From a virus (taxonomy: Duplodnaviria; Heunggongvirae; Uroviricota; Caudoviricetes), in IMG/VR virus record IMGVR_UViG_2529292718_000007: DNA of 49,349 bases. One strand, given 5' to 3'. Every line of letters begins with the position of its first letter. The first letter of the stretch is position 1. The position numbers were made by a program, and so were the translations under genes. The notes under the pieces are model-generated. The model had not been told where the DNA came from. It ran no database searches and saw only the letters and a program-made list of their open reading frames with translations. Shown here one piece after another: positions 28,695 to 37,822 of the stretch.

Positions 28695-29206
28695 TGATTC
28701 TGGCCTTCTTTGGTGATAATCACCAGATTCAATCGCAGGTGGTGCACTACCTTGATCAAACGATTAAAGGATTTGTTATCGATCATATTGATAACGATAG
28801 CAAACGTCTATCTGTAGAGCAGAAAATTGGAGGTGTGCAGCGACTGGTTGCCAGCCGTAACAGACGTGACACCGTAACAGTCGTTACGGGGATTACGGAG
28901 GTCATGGAGTACCAGATGTTGCTGCATCGTGGAGCTGTTTTCTGCGTTCTTCCTGGTATTCTGCCAGCAATTCTTGCTCGTGGTTTTGTCCCTATTGATG
29001 AGTCGTTCTTATATGTAACCCCAAGCCGTTCCCTTCTGGATACGGAGGCGAAGCGTCGCATTTATATGATGCCGGACGAGGCATTTTCTGAATGTTACCG
29101 CCGTGAAATGAGGTTGGGTAAACGAGAAGTGTCTGTTGTTCGTGATGGCAGGTTTTTAAGAAGCCGCACGGTGAAAAGCACCAGAAATGACGGGGGCCAT
29201 CAATGA
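28691..29206 (+). CDS. Hypothetical early protein
   Basis: 171 aa; ATGA start/stop overlap; no family recognised. Confidence 0.5.
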   Translation: MMILAFFGDNHQIQSQVVHYLDQTIKGFVIDHIDNDSKRLSVEQKIGGVQRLVASRNRRDTVTVVTGITEVMEYQMLLHRGAVFCVLPGILPAILARGFVPIDESFLYVTPSRSLLDTEAKRRIYMMPDEAFSECYRREMRLGKREVSVVRDGRFLRSRTVKSTRNDGGHQ

Positions 29207-29436
29207 GTAGTTATGTTCGCGGTGCTGCGATGCATTGCCAGAATCCCCAATTCTGGCGCTTTCTGACCAGTAAAACAGGGAAGAACGTTTCAAACAGTTC
29301 TGAGGCCTCTGTGATTCTGCGTGAGTTTTGCGGGATCTCATCCCGTAAAGAGCTGGCAAAGAACTACGCGGCCAGAAGCATGTATGTCCAGTTAATCAAC
29401 GAGTTCAACCTCTTTATCAATGGTAAGGGGCGCTGA
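29203..29436 (+). CDS. Hypothetical early protein
   Basis: 77 aa ORF with overlapping start/stop. Confidence 0.4.
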   Translation: MSSYVRGAAMHCQNPQFWRFLTSKTGKNVSNSSEASVILREFCGISSRKELAKNYAARSMYVQLINEFNLFINGKGR

Positions 29437-29840
29437 TGAACGGACGTACACCAACGAAGAAAGAGAAACTTTATATACAAGCGGTGCTCACTCACGTGGG
29501 TTGCATAGCTTGCATTATTGATGGCCGTGAAATTGAGAATCCAGAGCTGTGGACGGAGCTACATCACGATCCTGATTACGGCAGCGTTGATGAGAATTGC
29601 CACTTCCATAGCTTTGGGTTGTGCGCACCACATCATCGCGGTGTTGTGCCTGGTGGTGGGCGTGTGCCTCCGCATATTGCCGTTCGTCCCCCTCCCCTGA
29701 GTAATTGTGCTCGCTTTGTTGAGCGTTATGGCACAGATGAATTTTTGTGTGCGCAGACGTGGGAGCTGTTGCCGCAGTCAGTTAAAGACGAAATTGGGTT
29801 TGATCTTAGTCTTGGTGAAGTACCAGGGGATACCAAATGA
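29436..29840 (+). CDS. HNH-family nuclease-like protein
   Basis: 134 aa; Cys/His-rich HNH-like pattern (HVGCIACIIDG...LHHDPDYGSVDENCHFHSFGLCAPHH). Confidence 0.5.
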   Translation: MNGRTPTKKEKLYIQAVLTHVGCIACIIDGREIENPELWTELHHDPDYGSVDENCHFHSFGLCAPHHRGVVPGGGRVPPHIAVRPPPLSNCARFVERYGTDEFLCAQTWELLPQSVKDEIGFDLSLGEVPGDTK

Positions 29841-30169
29841 GATATACCGGCTTTCGCAAACCAGCGACAAGGAAAAGCAAATACGGCAATAAAAAAACGG
29901 TTGTCGATGATATCGCTTTTGATAGCAAAAAAGAGGCTGATTACTACTGCGAACTGAAGCTACTGAGAAAAGCTGGCCGCGTTGTGACGTTTCTTATGCA
30001 GGTGCCTTTTCATCTGCCAGGTGGTGTCGTTTATAAACTTGATTTCATGGTGTTTTATGACGATGGGACGATTGATTGTGTCGACACTAAAGGTGTGCGA
30101 ACAGACGTCTACATCATGAAGAAAAAGCAGGTAGAGGCGCTTTATCCCGTCACGATACGGGAGATCTGA
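29837..30169 (+). CDS. DUF1064-family protein (putative resolvase/nuclease-like)
   Basis: 110 aa; KYGNKKTVVDDIAFDSKKEADYYCELKLL...VDTKG..T pattern. Confidence 0.6.
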   Translation: MRYTGFRKPATRKSKYGNKKTVVDDIAFDSKKEADYYCELKLLRKAGRVVTFLMQVPFHLPGGVVYKLDFMVFYDDGTIDCVDTKGVRTDVYIMKKKQVEALYPVTIREI

Positions 30170-30172
30170 ACA

Positions 30173-30550
30173 GTGAGACGCGATCTGGATAGCTTGTTTG
30201 AGCTATGGGCGCTGTGGGTGCGCAATGGCTGCAACGCCCGTAGCGGTTTCGCGTCGATGTTAGAAATGATGATGGTTACGCGCTGCCAGTTTACCGGAGG
30301 GGGCGGCGCACCAAATGACTCACTGGAAACCAGTATAGAGGGAGCGGTGACGGCCCTCACGGTAGTTGATGAGACTGCGGCGCTGGTTGTCCGAATTGAA
30401 TACGGGGCGTGGGAGATTCGGGGCCTCGACATAAATGCACCGCATATTGATAAAGCCCACGCCCTTTCTCTTAGCCTCAGACAGTATCGCCGGAAGCTGG
30501 CAAAAGCCAGGGCGTATGTTGTCGACTATTTGAAAAAGCGAAGAGAGTAA
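30173..30550 (+). CDS. Putative antitermination protein Q-like
   Basis: 125 aa; N-terminal LFELWALWVRNG and C-terminal pattern resemble the small phage Q-like family; assignment from memory. Confidence 0.45.
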   Translation: MRRDLDSLFELWALWVRNGCNARSGFASMLEMMMVTRCQFTGGGGAPNDSLETSIEGAVTALTVVDETAALVVRIEYGAWEIRGLDINAPHIDKAHALSLSLRQYRRKLAKARAYVVDYLKKRRE

Positions 30551-30606
30551 AAGTGTCATTTTGAGCTGTTTTGATGGTGTGTAGACATCGGGAACATCGA
30601 AAATCT

Positions 30607-30719
30607 ATAAATATATAATTATAGATTTATATAAAAAGTGCTTTACAGGTGGGAAAAAATTTCCTATGGTTATACCCGAAACCGAGCGATACCCGCCCTG
30701 GTTAAACCGGAGAAATCTG
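30607..30719 (+). promoter_or_regulatory. Conserved promoter-leader module, copy 2 of 3
   Basis: TTTACA at 30642-30647; about 95 bp nearly identical to copies 1 and 3 (one substitution before the last 10 nt of the leader); ends at ATG 30720. Confidence 0.6.
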
Positions 30720-31787
30720 ATGAATAAACAAGTAATTATTTCTGACTGGATCAACAACCCTAACAGCCTGTTAAGCACTGATACTGGCTACCTATTACGC
30801 CATGTTAATGGTCGTATGGTCAAAAGCGATGAGCACGAAACCTTTTTCTTTGTTGAAGACGATGGGCGTATCTATGAGGATGGTTACTCTTATGAAGCCC
30901 AAACTGGTTGTATCCCTGCGGAGCTGGTGGACGTAACAGAAGATCTGCGCAAAGCATGGCTTGAACAGCAGCAGCGCGGAGATGATTACGTAAACACCTA
31001 TCAGGAACGCCAGAACGCGCGTCTTGCCCGATATATTGCTCGTGCAGAAAAAGCCAGAAAAGAAGGTGCGGTAGCGCATAAGCGAGCGCATGACCTGTTG
31101 GATGTGATCCCGTTAGGCCAGCCGATTTTAGTTGACCATTATAGCGCGAAAGGCCATCGCCGCCGTTTGTCTAAAGCTGATGCGTTATTCAGAAAAGCGT
31201 TTGTTGAATGCGAAAGTAAAGCATCACACTACGAGAGCAAAGCCGCAGGTGTTGGTCGTAATGGAATTTCGTCTGATGATCCTGATGCGCTATTTAAGTT
31301 GCTTCGTAAGCTGCAAGGCTGCATGAAGTCACACGTCAAAATGAAGGCCGCAAATAAGGCCATTCGCAAATACAAAAAAGACCAAATACAGCAGCTTTCT
31401 GCATTAATCGATCTCAGGTTTACAGAAAGCGAAGCCAAAGAGTTACTGGCCGGAGATTTCTGTGGGCACATCGGATTCCCTTCATACGCACTGAGCAACA
31501 ATAACGCCGAAATCAAACGACTACAGAGCCGTATTAAGGAGCTTGAATCGGTCAAGTCTGTAACAGGAGCACAGCGCGAAGAATACGACGGCTTTTCTAT
31601 GGAGATAGATCCAGAGGATAACCGCATCCTGTTTTATTTCCCTGGCAAACCAGAGGCAAACATTCGTTCGCTGCTTAAATCACGCGCCTTTAAGTGGAGT
31701 CCAACCCGTAATGCATGGGTTCGCAAGATTACTCCAAACGCCCTGGCTGATGCCCGATATCTAAAAGAATCGCTATTGAAAGCCTGA
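30720..31787 (+). CDS. DUF3560-like protein
   Basis: 355 aa from ATG 30720 (track ORF 30666 begins inside the conserved leader); QPILVDHYSAKGHRRR and C-terminal FKWSPTRNAWVRK pattern. Confidence 0.5.
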   Translation: MNKQVIISDWINNPNSLLSTDTGYLLRHVNGRMVKSDEHETFFFVEDDGRIYEDGYSYEAQTGCIPAELVDVTEDLRKAWLEQQQRGDDYVNTYQERQNARLARYIARAEKARKEGAVAHKRAHDLLDVIPLGQPILVDHYSAKGHRRRLSKADALFRKAFVECESKASHYESKAAGVGRNGISSDDPDALFKLLRKLQGCMKSHVKMKAANKAIRKYKKDQIQQLSALIDLRFTESEAKELLAGDFCGHIGFPSYALSNNNAEIKRLQSRIKELESVKSVTGAQREEYDGFSMEIDPEDNRILFYFPGKPEANIRSLLKSRAFKWSPTRNAWVRKITPNALADARYLKESLLKA

Positions 31788-31864
31788 CAGTAAGCCTACG
31801 GCGGGACGTCTCCCGCCGTATATAGAATTATATATTTATACAAATGTATAAGGACGCCTCGACA

Positions 31865-32146
31865 ATGAAACGCAAAATTATTAACCCCCAAGATGTGATT
31901 AATTTCCTGACCGATCACCCATGTTCAAAAGTGGACGTAATCGCGGAGCACATTGGTGTGTCGCAGAACTCTATGCGTTGCAGACTGAGAAGCATGGTTG
32001 CCGAAGGACAGATAACAACCAGGAAAATAAATGGTTGCCTGTACTACTCCGCTAAACCGGAATTGCCATTTGGCATGAATCCTAACTCCATGTTGTTTAA
32101 CACCTTATTAGCCAAAGTTAAGCCGTTGAGAGGGGCTGTGGCATGA
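31865..32146 (+). CDS. Putative winged-helix DNA-binding protein
   Basis: Track ORF 31844..32146; ATG 31865 has AAGGA SD; helix-rich small protein; preceded by AT-rich palindrome cluster. Confidence 0.4.
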   Translation: MKRKIINPQDVINFLTDHPCSKVDVIAEHIGVSQNSMRCRLRSMVAEGQITTRKINGCLYYSAKPELPFGMNPNSMLFNTLLAKVKPLRGAVA

Positions 32147-32508
32147 GCATCAAAACCCATACCGGAATAATCATTACCAATGATGGTGAGAAAAAAGTGA
32201 AGTTGCGCGAGACGCCGACAACCTGGTGTGTTGGTCCGAAAGAAACATATCGCAAGGAAGATGGCCGTCGTTGTGGGGCACCACTTTCCCGCCGTCGCCT
32301 CCTTTTGAGCACGATAAAACCTATCGGGCAGGTTGAGCAACCAACGACTCCGGTAACGAAGATTTCAGACAAGAGTCTGGCAAACCTGATCGCCGATGCG
32401 GACAAGGTGCTGGAGCGGAACACCCCAGTAGCCGATGAGGAATGGTGGCAGGATTTCCGAGCCGCAATGCTAGAGCTTCAGGAACGTCGTCGGGAGGAGT
32501 TGAAGTGA
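32143..32508 (+). CDS. Hypothetical protein
   Basis: 121 aa; ATGA overlap with upstream stop. Confidence 0.45.
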   Translation: MSIKTHTGIIITNDGEKKVKLRETPTTWCVGPKETYRKEDGRRCGAPLSRRRLLLSTIKPIGQVEQPTTPVTKISDKSLANLIADADKVLERNTPVADEEWWQDFRAAMLELQERRREELK

Positions 32509-32696
32509 GCAAGAAAAATGCCGGATGGGTCAGGCCAATGAAGGCGAATAAACATCATTATTTTAATGAAGGTGAAGTAACCAGCATTTGCGGCCGTTGG
32601 ATGTATTTTGGTGATTACCGTGAGCCAGACACTTTTGAGAGTCCTGATGATTGCGTGTCTTGTCGCCGGAAATTGAACAAGGTGGCTTCTAAATGA
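32505..32696 (+). CDS. Small Cys-containing protein (possible zinc ribbon)
   Basis: GTG 32505 overlaps upstream stop; CGRW...CVSCRR motif. Confidence 0.35.
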   Translation: MSKKNAGWVRPMKANKHHYFNEGEVTSICGRWMYFGDYREPDTFESPDDCVSCRRKLNKVASK

Positions 32697-33304
32697 AAGA
32701 ACGTGGTGTTGTTTTTAATGACGATATGGTTAGGGCCATCCTCGAAGGAAGGAAGACGCAGACTCGCCGACCTGTAAAAAATGTCAGGGCCGATAACTGC
32801 CTGGTTATCCGTAAACCGACAAAGAAACGCAATGGTGTCTATACCCACGTTATGGATGCACCGGAACATGGTTTATGCCCGTTCGGTAACGTTGGTGATC
32901 GCATATGGGTCCGTGAAACATTCAACGCTTTTTGGCTGGATAACGATGTCATTCAGGAAATCAAAGATGGTGTCTCTCTGGCTTCTGAACTGTGTGATTA
33001 CAAGGCTGATTACTCAGATAGTAGCAAGCCAGCTGAGGGTTGGACCCCATCAATTCACATGCCGCGCTGGGCTTCACGTATTTTGCTGGAAATTACCGAC
33101 GTGCGTGTGGAACGGCTGCATGACATGAGCGAGGCAGATGCTAAAGCAGAAGGCGCATCTCCGGTGACGTACAAGATTACACAGCCGGAAGCTGTTTATC
33201 GCGTTGGCTTTGGTGATATCTGGCGCGGTATTTACGGGCAAGAGAACTGGCTATCTAACCCGTGGGTATGGGTAATTGAGTTTAAGCGTATTAAGGAAGC
33301 ATAA
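32693..33304 (+). CDS. Hypothetical phage protein
   Basis: 203 aa; N-terminal MVRAILEGRKTQTRRP motif seen in a conserved phage family; function unknown. Confidence 0.5.
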   Translation: MKERGVVFNDDMVRAILEGRKTQTRRPVKNVRADNCLVIRKPTKKRNGVYTHVMDAPEHGLCPFGNVGDRIWVRETFNAFWLDNDVIQEIKDGVSLASELCDYKADYSDSSKPAEGWTPSIHMPRWASRILLEITDVRVERLHDMSEADAKAEGASPVTYKITQPEAVYRVGFGDIWRGIYGQENWLSNPWVWVIEFKRIKEA

Positions 33305-33306
33305 CT

Positions 33307-33651
33307 ATGAGCAAATCACTTAACGCACGCTGCATCCGTCGCTGGACCGTCGAATTTAAAGGCCGCTGCGACTCAAAATATAGCCCGTATTGGCGTAAGC
33401 GCGACCTGCGGGGGTACATCCGTGAGGTTGCACTGAACACCGCGGATTGCATGGTCGAGCGTATGGCCGAGGATAATGCGATGGTAGATTTTCAGGGGGC
33501 TAATCGAGGATGGTCGCCGGAGTTCTCAGCCTGGTACCACGAACGCCGTGAACAGTATCTCAAAGAGGCGCGCGACCATCTGAACGAAGACGCCACCAAT
33601 GACGAGGTTGACGAGGAGATTCAGAACGAGCTGGAGGCCTGGAATGACTAA
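33307..33651 (+). CDS. Hypothetical protein
   Basis: 114 aa ORF. Confidence 0.45.
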   Translation: MSKSLNARCIRRWTVEFKGRCDSKYSPYWRKRDLRGYIREVALNTADCMVERMAEDNAMVDFQGANRGWSPEFSAWYHERREQYLKEARDHLNEDATNDEVDEEIQNELEAWND

Positions 33652-34444
33652 CAGCACAGCAATTAACTATCAGGCACTACGTGAGATAGCAAAACAGGCA
33701 ACACAGGGCGAATGGGTCGCATTTATTTCGCCGGGCAAACACGGCACGTACGCTGTGCACACACCAGGAGATAATCATCACGGAGATATTGTCGACTGGC
33801 CAGGATTCGACGAACAGAAAAACGCAGAGAACAACGCTCGTTATATCGCAGCTTTCAACCCTGAAGTAGTGCAGGCATTACTGGATGAACGGGAAAGAAA
33901 CCAGCAATACATCAAATCACGCGACCAGGAGAACGAGGATATTGCGCTAACGGTAGGGAAGCTGAGAGTTGAGCTTGAGGAAGTAAAACAACACGCTGAA
34001 GAATTATCCGAAACCAAGGCTGTTCGTAACCAATGGCGGCCAGATCTTTGCCCAATAACCGGACGTGCATTTTTCATGTGGATTGAGCATCCAACATTGG
34101 GAAATGTGCCGACATATGGTGGCCCATTAGATAGTTACACCATTCCAACAAAGGACGGTGACGGTGAGTTTTCATGTGAGCGTTACGATCATGATTTTGG
34201 CGGTTGGGTAGAAAGCGAATGTCTTGGGTTATATCTGATTGATGATAGAGAACAATGCAGGGTCTACGAACTGGAGGAACGCGTTAAGGAACTGGATGCT
34301 CGGGAAATATCGCTCCCGGAACGTAGCAGCATGCTTCATCGAACAGATTTTCACGATGATTACCAAACGGTAATGGCATACAAAGTTTCTGAAGTCATCG
34401 ATGCAATCCGCGCCGCAGGCATTCGCATCAAAGGAGGTGAGTAA
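33644..34444 (+). CDS. Ead/Ea22-like protein
   Basis: Starts MTNSTAINYQALREIAKQATQGEWV...NARYIAAFNPEVVQALLDE, typical Ea22-like N-terminus. Confidence 0.55.
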   Translation: MTNSTAINYQALREIAKQATQGEWVAFISPGKHGTYAVHTPGDNHHGDIVDWPGFDEQKNAENNARYIAAFNPEVVQALLDERERNQQYIKSRDQENEDIALTVGKLRVELEEVKQHAEELSETKAVRNQWRPDLCPITGRAFFMWIEHPTLGNVPTYGGPLDSYTIPTKDGDGEFSCERYDHDFGGWVESECLGLYLIDDREQCRVYELEERVKELDAREISLPERSSMLHRTDFHDDYQTVMAYKVSEVIDAIRAAGIRIKGGE

Positions 34445-34620
34445 TGCGTGTGGCATGTATCGGCTTTTTACCGTACCCGACTCGTTTTTGGGCTTCTGCG
34501 CTAATTGCAAAGCCGTATGTCCTGATGGCTGACAACATCATCCCGGCACCAAAGCGCCGCCATACCGGTATTGCAGCGGCACGACGAGCAGAAAAGAGAC
34601 GCAGGAGAGCAAAGCGATGA
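34444..34620 (+). CDS. Small Arg-rich ORF (58 aa)
   Basis: Below 60 aa so absent from track; ATG overlaps upstream stop; basic C-terminus. Confidence 0.25.
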   Translation: MRVACIGFLPYPTRFWASALIAKPYVLMADNIIPAPKRRHTGIAAARRAEKRRRRAKR

Positions 34621-34793
34621 AAAACCGTAAGGCAAAACGACTTTTTTTACAGCGACCTGTGCGTGTGGTGGAGCTGGTTATTAGCAACCATAAGATAGCG
34701 GTACTCCATCCATTTGGTCAGGTGGCTTTTGCCGCAAAGCGTAAGCCTACTGCGTCACAGAACAGGCGGAAGAAAGGGTACGCTGTAAGATGA
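34617..34793 (+). CDS. Small basic protein, paralog A (MKNRKAK...)
   Basis: 58 aa; shares MKNRKAKxLxxxR N-terminus with the next ORF; ATGA overlaps. Confidence 0.35.
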   Translation: MKNRKAKRLFLQRPVRVVELVISNHKIAVLHPFGQVAFAAKRKPTASQNRRKKGYAVR

Positions 34794-34978
34794 AAAACCG
34801 TAAAGCAAAGATTCTGTTAGTTCGTAGAAACGCTCCTGGCGTCTGGCAGTGGGTGAGACTCAGCAACCGACGGATGGGGTTGATGAAATATTACGGGATG
34901 ATGGATTGTGGTTTTTGCAAAAAGCCCAGCGCGGCGCAAAACCGCTGGAAAAACCACTTGCGCACTAAAGGAGAGTGA
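34790..34978 (+). CDS. Small basic protein, paralog B (MKNRKAK...)
   Basis: 62 aa track ORF with same N-terminal motif. Confidence 0.4.
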   Translation: MKNRKAKILLVRRNAPGVWQWVRLSNRRMGLMKYYGMMDCGFCKKPSAAQNRWKNHLRTKGE

Positions 34979-34979
34979 T

Positions 34980-35189
34980 ATGGCTATCGCTGCAAGTTAC
35001 ACCATGCATCTCTATTGTGATTGCCTCCAATGTACAGATGGCAAATATAAGTCGCCAGACTTCGGTGAGTATATAGGTACGTCATGGGCTGGCTGTGCAA
35101 AAGAGGCGCGCAAGGATGGCTGGCGAATAAGCAAAGACAAAACGCGTGCTTTTGCGCCCGGGCATAAAGTTTTGAGGATTAACAAATGA
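34980..35189 (+). CDS. Small Cys-rich hypothetical protein
   Basis: ATG 34980 with AAGGAG SD; 69 aa. Confidence 0.45.
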   Translation: MAIAASYTMHLYCDCLQCTDGKYKSPDFGEYIGTSWAGCAKEARKDGWRISKDKTRAFAPGHKVLRINK

Positions 35190-35581
35190 CTACTATAACC
35201 AAAGAGCGACTGCTGACAATCAAGCAGTGGCGCGAAACATACGGACTTGGTAGCAACGTTGTACTGCCAGCAGAAGAAGCGGAAGAACTGGCACGAATTG
35301 CTCTGGCAGCGCTGGAAGTCGAGCCGATAGGTTTCCGTTGCAGGCGCAATGATAACCTTGGTGATTGGAGTTACGTATATCATCGAGAGCCAGATGATTT
35401 TGAGCGCAAACATTTAGTGATAGAGGGCATTTACGCCGCCCCTCCATCGCCAGTAGTACCGGAAGAAAAACCAATGCCTAATCCTCTTAGCATGTACGCG
35501 GTTGATGCTGTTGCCGCTATTGCAGAGGTGAGAGGCTGGAATGCCTGCCGCGCGGCTATGCTTCATGGGAAAGGAAAGTGA
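35186..35581 (+). CDS. Hypothetical protein
   Basis: 131 aa; ATGA overlap. Confidence 0.45.
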   Translation: MTTITKERLLTIKQWRETYGLGSNVVLPAEEAEELARIALAALEVEPIGFRCRRNDNLGDWSYVYHREPDDFERKHLVIEGIYAAPPSPVVPEEKPMPNPLSMYAVDAVAAIAEVRGWNACRAAMLHGKGK

Positions 35582-35582
35582 T

Positions 35583-35858
35583 ATGGCTACTTTTACCAAA
35601 GAGCAATTGATTGCCCATATTCGTGAACGTAAGGAAGCGCGCCAGAGAATGTTGGATACGGTAACTATTAACCCCGGATTTCGTGAATATCTTGAAAGAG
35701 AGCTTGCTACAGATGAAATTGCACTGGCATCCCTGGCATCTGCACCTGTTGCATGGCTAGTTGGAGGGCGTTTGTTCACAACTGAGATAGCTGCGGGGAT
35801 GTACGCTAGTGAGGTGAGGAAAGCAGTTAAGCCGCTATTCTTTTCTGCACTACTGTGA
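35583..35858 (+). CDS. Hypothetical protein
   Basis: 91 aa from ATG 35583; N-terminus TKEQL resembles upstream ORF. Confidence 0.4.
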   Translation: MATFTKEQLIAHIRERKEARQRMLDTVTINPGFREYLERELATDEIALASLASAPVAWLVGGRLFTTEIAAGMYASEVRKAVKPLFFSALL

Positions 35859-36002
35859 GTATTGTTTTTTTATTGATCGATCAACCACATTTTGAAGGTT
35901 TTTTTATGAAGAAACCTTGTTTTAGGTGGTAACTGGGTGTAGTGTTTCATTTAACGTAGTAAAACTGCGTTAAGCGATTACCGCGTAATTTGTTGCTTTA
36001 TG

Positions 36003-36032
36003 AAGCCCTGCCTTTTCGGCGGGGCTTTTTTT
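36003..36032 (+). terminator. Strong rho-independent terminator immediately upstream of the lysis cassette
   Basis: AGCCCTGCCttttcGGCGGGGCT followed by T8. Confidence 0.75.
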
Positions 36033-36046
36033 TAACGAGGATTTCA

Positions 36047-36442
36047 ATGTCAGCAGAACCAATTTCCGGTACGGCCGTTGCTGCTGGTGGCCTGATGGGT
36101 GCCAGCGTTTTTGGTATTGCAACTGGTATTGATTACGGCGTTGTATTCGGGGCATTTGCTGGCGCTGTTTTCTATGTTGCTACAGCGGTGAATATTAGCC
36201 GTCTCAAGCTGATTGGCTATTTCTTTACATCGTTCATTGTTGGAGTGATTGGAGCGCCGTTAGTTGGCTCATTTCTTGCCAAATGGACCAGCTACAACGA
36301 TCGTCCTCTGGATGCGCTTGGTGCGGTTATTGTGGCTGCATTGACCATTAAAATCCTCACGTTCGTAAACAGCCAGGATCTCGGTAGCATCTTTGGAATG
36401 CTTTCCCGCTTACGTGGAGGGGGTTCAAATGGTAAGCAGTGA
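36047..36442 (+). CDS. Putative holin
   Basis: 131 aa with several hydrophobic transmembrane-like segments; first gene of lysis cassette; GAGG SD. Confidence 0.55.
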   Translation: MSAEPISGTAVAAGGLMGASVFGIATGIDYGVVFGAFAGAVFYVATAVNISRLKLIGYFFTSFIVGVIGAPLVGSFLAKWTSYNDRPLDALGAVIVAALTIKILTFVNSQDLGSIFGMLSRLRGGGSNGKQ

Positions 36443-36725
36443 CCCGTCAGCACTGATTAATGCGGTGCTTTGCACAGTAATAGTAATGGCGCTGATGCTT
36501 TATCGACGGAAAGACTCCAGGCATCGTCCATTTGTTTCCTTTCTGGCTTATATCTACGTCATTGTATACGCCAATGTTCCCTTCCGTTATGTGTTCGGTC
36601 TTTATCAAGAATCCCACTGGCTGGTGGTTATTGGAAATCTGATTATCTGCATCGTTGTTCTGTATTTCAGGGGCAATCTGGCGCGGATAGTTGACGCATT
36701 AGGGTTTAATCATGACCAAAGATGA
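36429..36725 (+). CDS. Membrane protein (second holin/antiholin-like)
   Basis: 98 aa with three hydrophobic segments; GGAGGG SD; overlaps neighbours. Confidence 0.45.
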   Translation: MVSSDPSALINAVLCTVIVMALMLYRRKDSRHRPFVSFLAYIYVIVYANVPFRYVFGLYQESHWLVVIGNLIICIVVLYFRGNLARIVDALGFNHDQR

Positions 36726-37254
36726 GATTTTTAACAGCATTCTTGGAAAAGAGGGCGGCTATGTGGATCACCCTGACGACAAGGGAGGCCCAACAAAGTG
36801 GGGCATTACTCAGAATACTGCCCGTGCTCACGGATACCGTGGCGATATGCGAGATCTGACGCGAGAACAGGCTCTGATGATTCTTGAAGGTGATTATTGG
36901 TATGGGCCTCGTTTTGACCAGGTGGCGCAATTTTCCCCTGATATTGCGGCTGAGATGTGCGATACGGGCGTCAACATGGGGCCGACTGTGGCTACGAAGA
37001 TGCTTCAACGTTGGCTGAATGTTTTCAACCGTGGCGGGAAGTTGTATCCAGATATGGATGTGGATGGGCGAATCGGCCCGCGCACCATTGCGGCATTACG
37101 TGCTTATCTTGGGAATCGGGGAAAAGACGGCGAACGGGTAATGCTGACGGCCCTGAACTGTACGCAGGGCGACCGTTATCTGGACCTGGCGGAGAAACGC
37201 GAAGCAAATGAGTCGTTTGTCTATGGCTGGATGAAAGAGCGAGTGGTGGTATGA
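36712..37254 (+). CDS. Endolysin (GH108 muramidase with peptidoglycan-binding domain)
   Basis: EGGYVDHPDDKGGPTKWGIT signature of GH108; C-terminal PG-binding-like region. Confidence 0.85.
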   Translation: MTKDEIFNSILGKEGGYVDHPDDKGGPTKWGITQNTARAHGYRGDMRDLTREQALMILEGDYWYGPRFDQVAQFSPDIAAEMCDTGVNMGPTVATKMLQRWLNVFNRGGKLYPDMDVDGRIGPRTIAALRAYLGNRGKDGERVMLTALNCTQGDRYLDLAEKREANESFVYGWMKERVVV

Positions 37255-37529
37255 CTGGTTTGAAAGCCGTTTTGTCATTTATCGGCACCGTTATATTGGT
37301 TGCATTCGGTGCGTTTGGTTTTGGTCGTATGAAGGGGCGAGAAAAGGCCGAAGATGAAGCTGAAAAGCAGCGCATTAATGAGAATGCAGCCGCCGTAAAA
37401 GCCACTGCGGAGCGGCGTATAGAAGTGACAAAAGAGGTGGGCAATGTACAGCAGAGTGTTAACCATATGGCTGATGACGATGTTGATCGCGAGCTGCGGG
37501 AGTCGTGGAAGCGTCCCGGTGGTGGTTGA
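37251..37529 (+). CDS. Inner-membrane spanin (Rz-like)
   Basis: 92 aa; N-terminal TM helix then charged coiled region; follows endolysin. Confidence 0.55.
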   Translation: MTGLKAVLSFIGTVILVAFGAFGFGRMKGREKAEDEAEKQRINENAAAVKATAERRIEVTKEVGNVQQSVNHMADDDVDRELRESWKRPGGG

Positions 37530-37653
37530 TACCGCCTGTGATTGGGTAAAGCCCATCTACCTGACTGATCACGATATCGATGTTATGGACCGCCAGACAA
37601 AGAAAGATATTCTGGCTCATAACAGGGCATGGGAAATCAACTGCCCCAAGTAA
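37444..37653 (+). CDS. Outer-membrane spanin lipoprotein (Rz1-like), overlapped frame
   Basis: 69 aa in alternative frame overlapping the i-spanin 3' end; signal-like N-terminus with lipobox LIASC. Confidence 0.5.
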   Translation: MYSRVLTIWLMTMLIASCGSRGSVPVVVDTACDWVKPIYLTDHDIDVMDRQTKKDILAHNRAWEINCPK

Positions 37654-37822
37654 TATATATTTCTATAATTATATAAATATATAGTTACAACATTCTATGC
37701 GCTTTTCTCATGGGCGCACGCATCAACCATGTTTGTCTGATATGCCGCCGCGCCCAAAAATCCTGAATTTATTGGCTGGGATTTTCGTGCGCGGCGCCAC
37801 ACCAGACAAACAGATCAAATAT

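Noticed and set aside
30666-30719. Track start of the DUF3560-like ORF at ATG 30666
   Set aside because: That ATG lies inside the conserved promoter-leader (it is the ATG within TATGGT); in the other two copies the same frame terminates before the gene, so ATG 30720 with its GGAGA SD is preferred.
35990-36046. Upstream extension of the holin ORF (track start 35990)
   Set aside because: The extension runs through the terminator hairpin; ATG 36047 with a GAGG SD just downstream of the terminator is the likely start.
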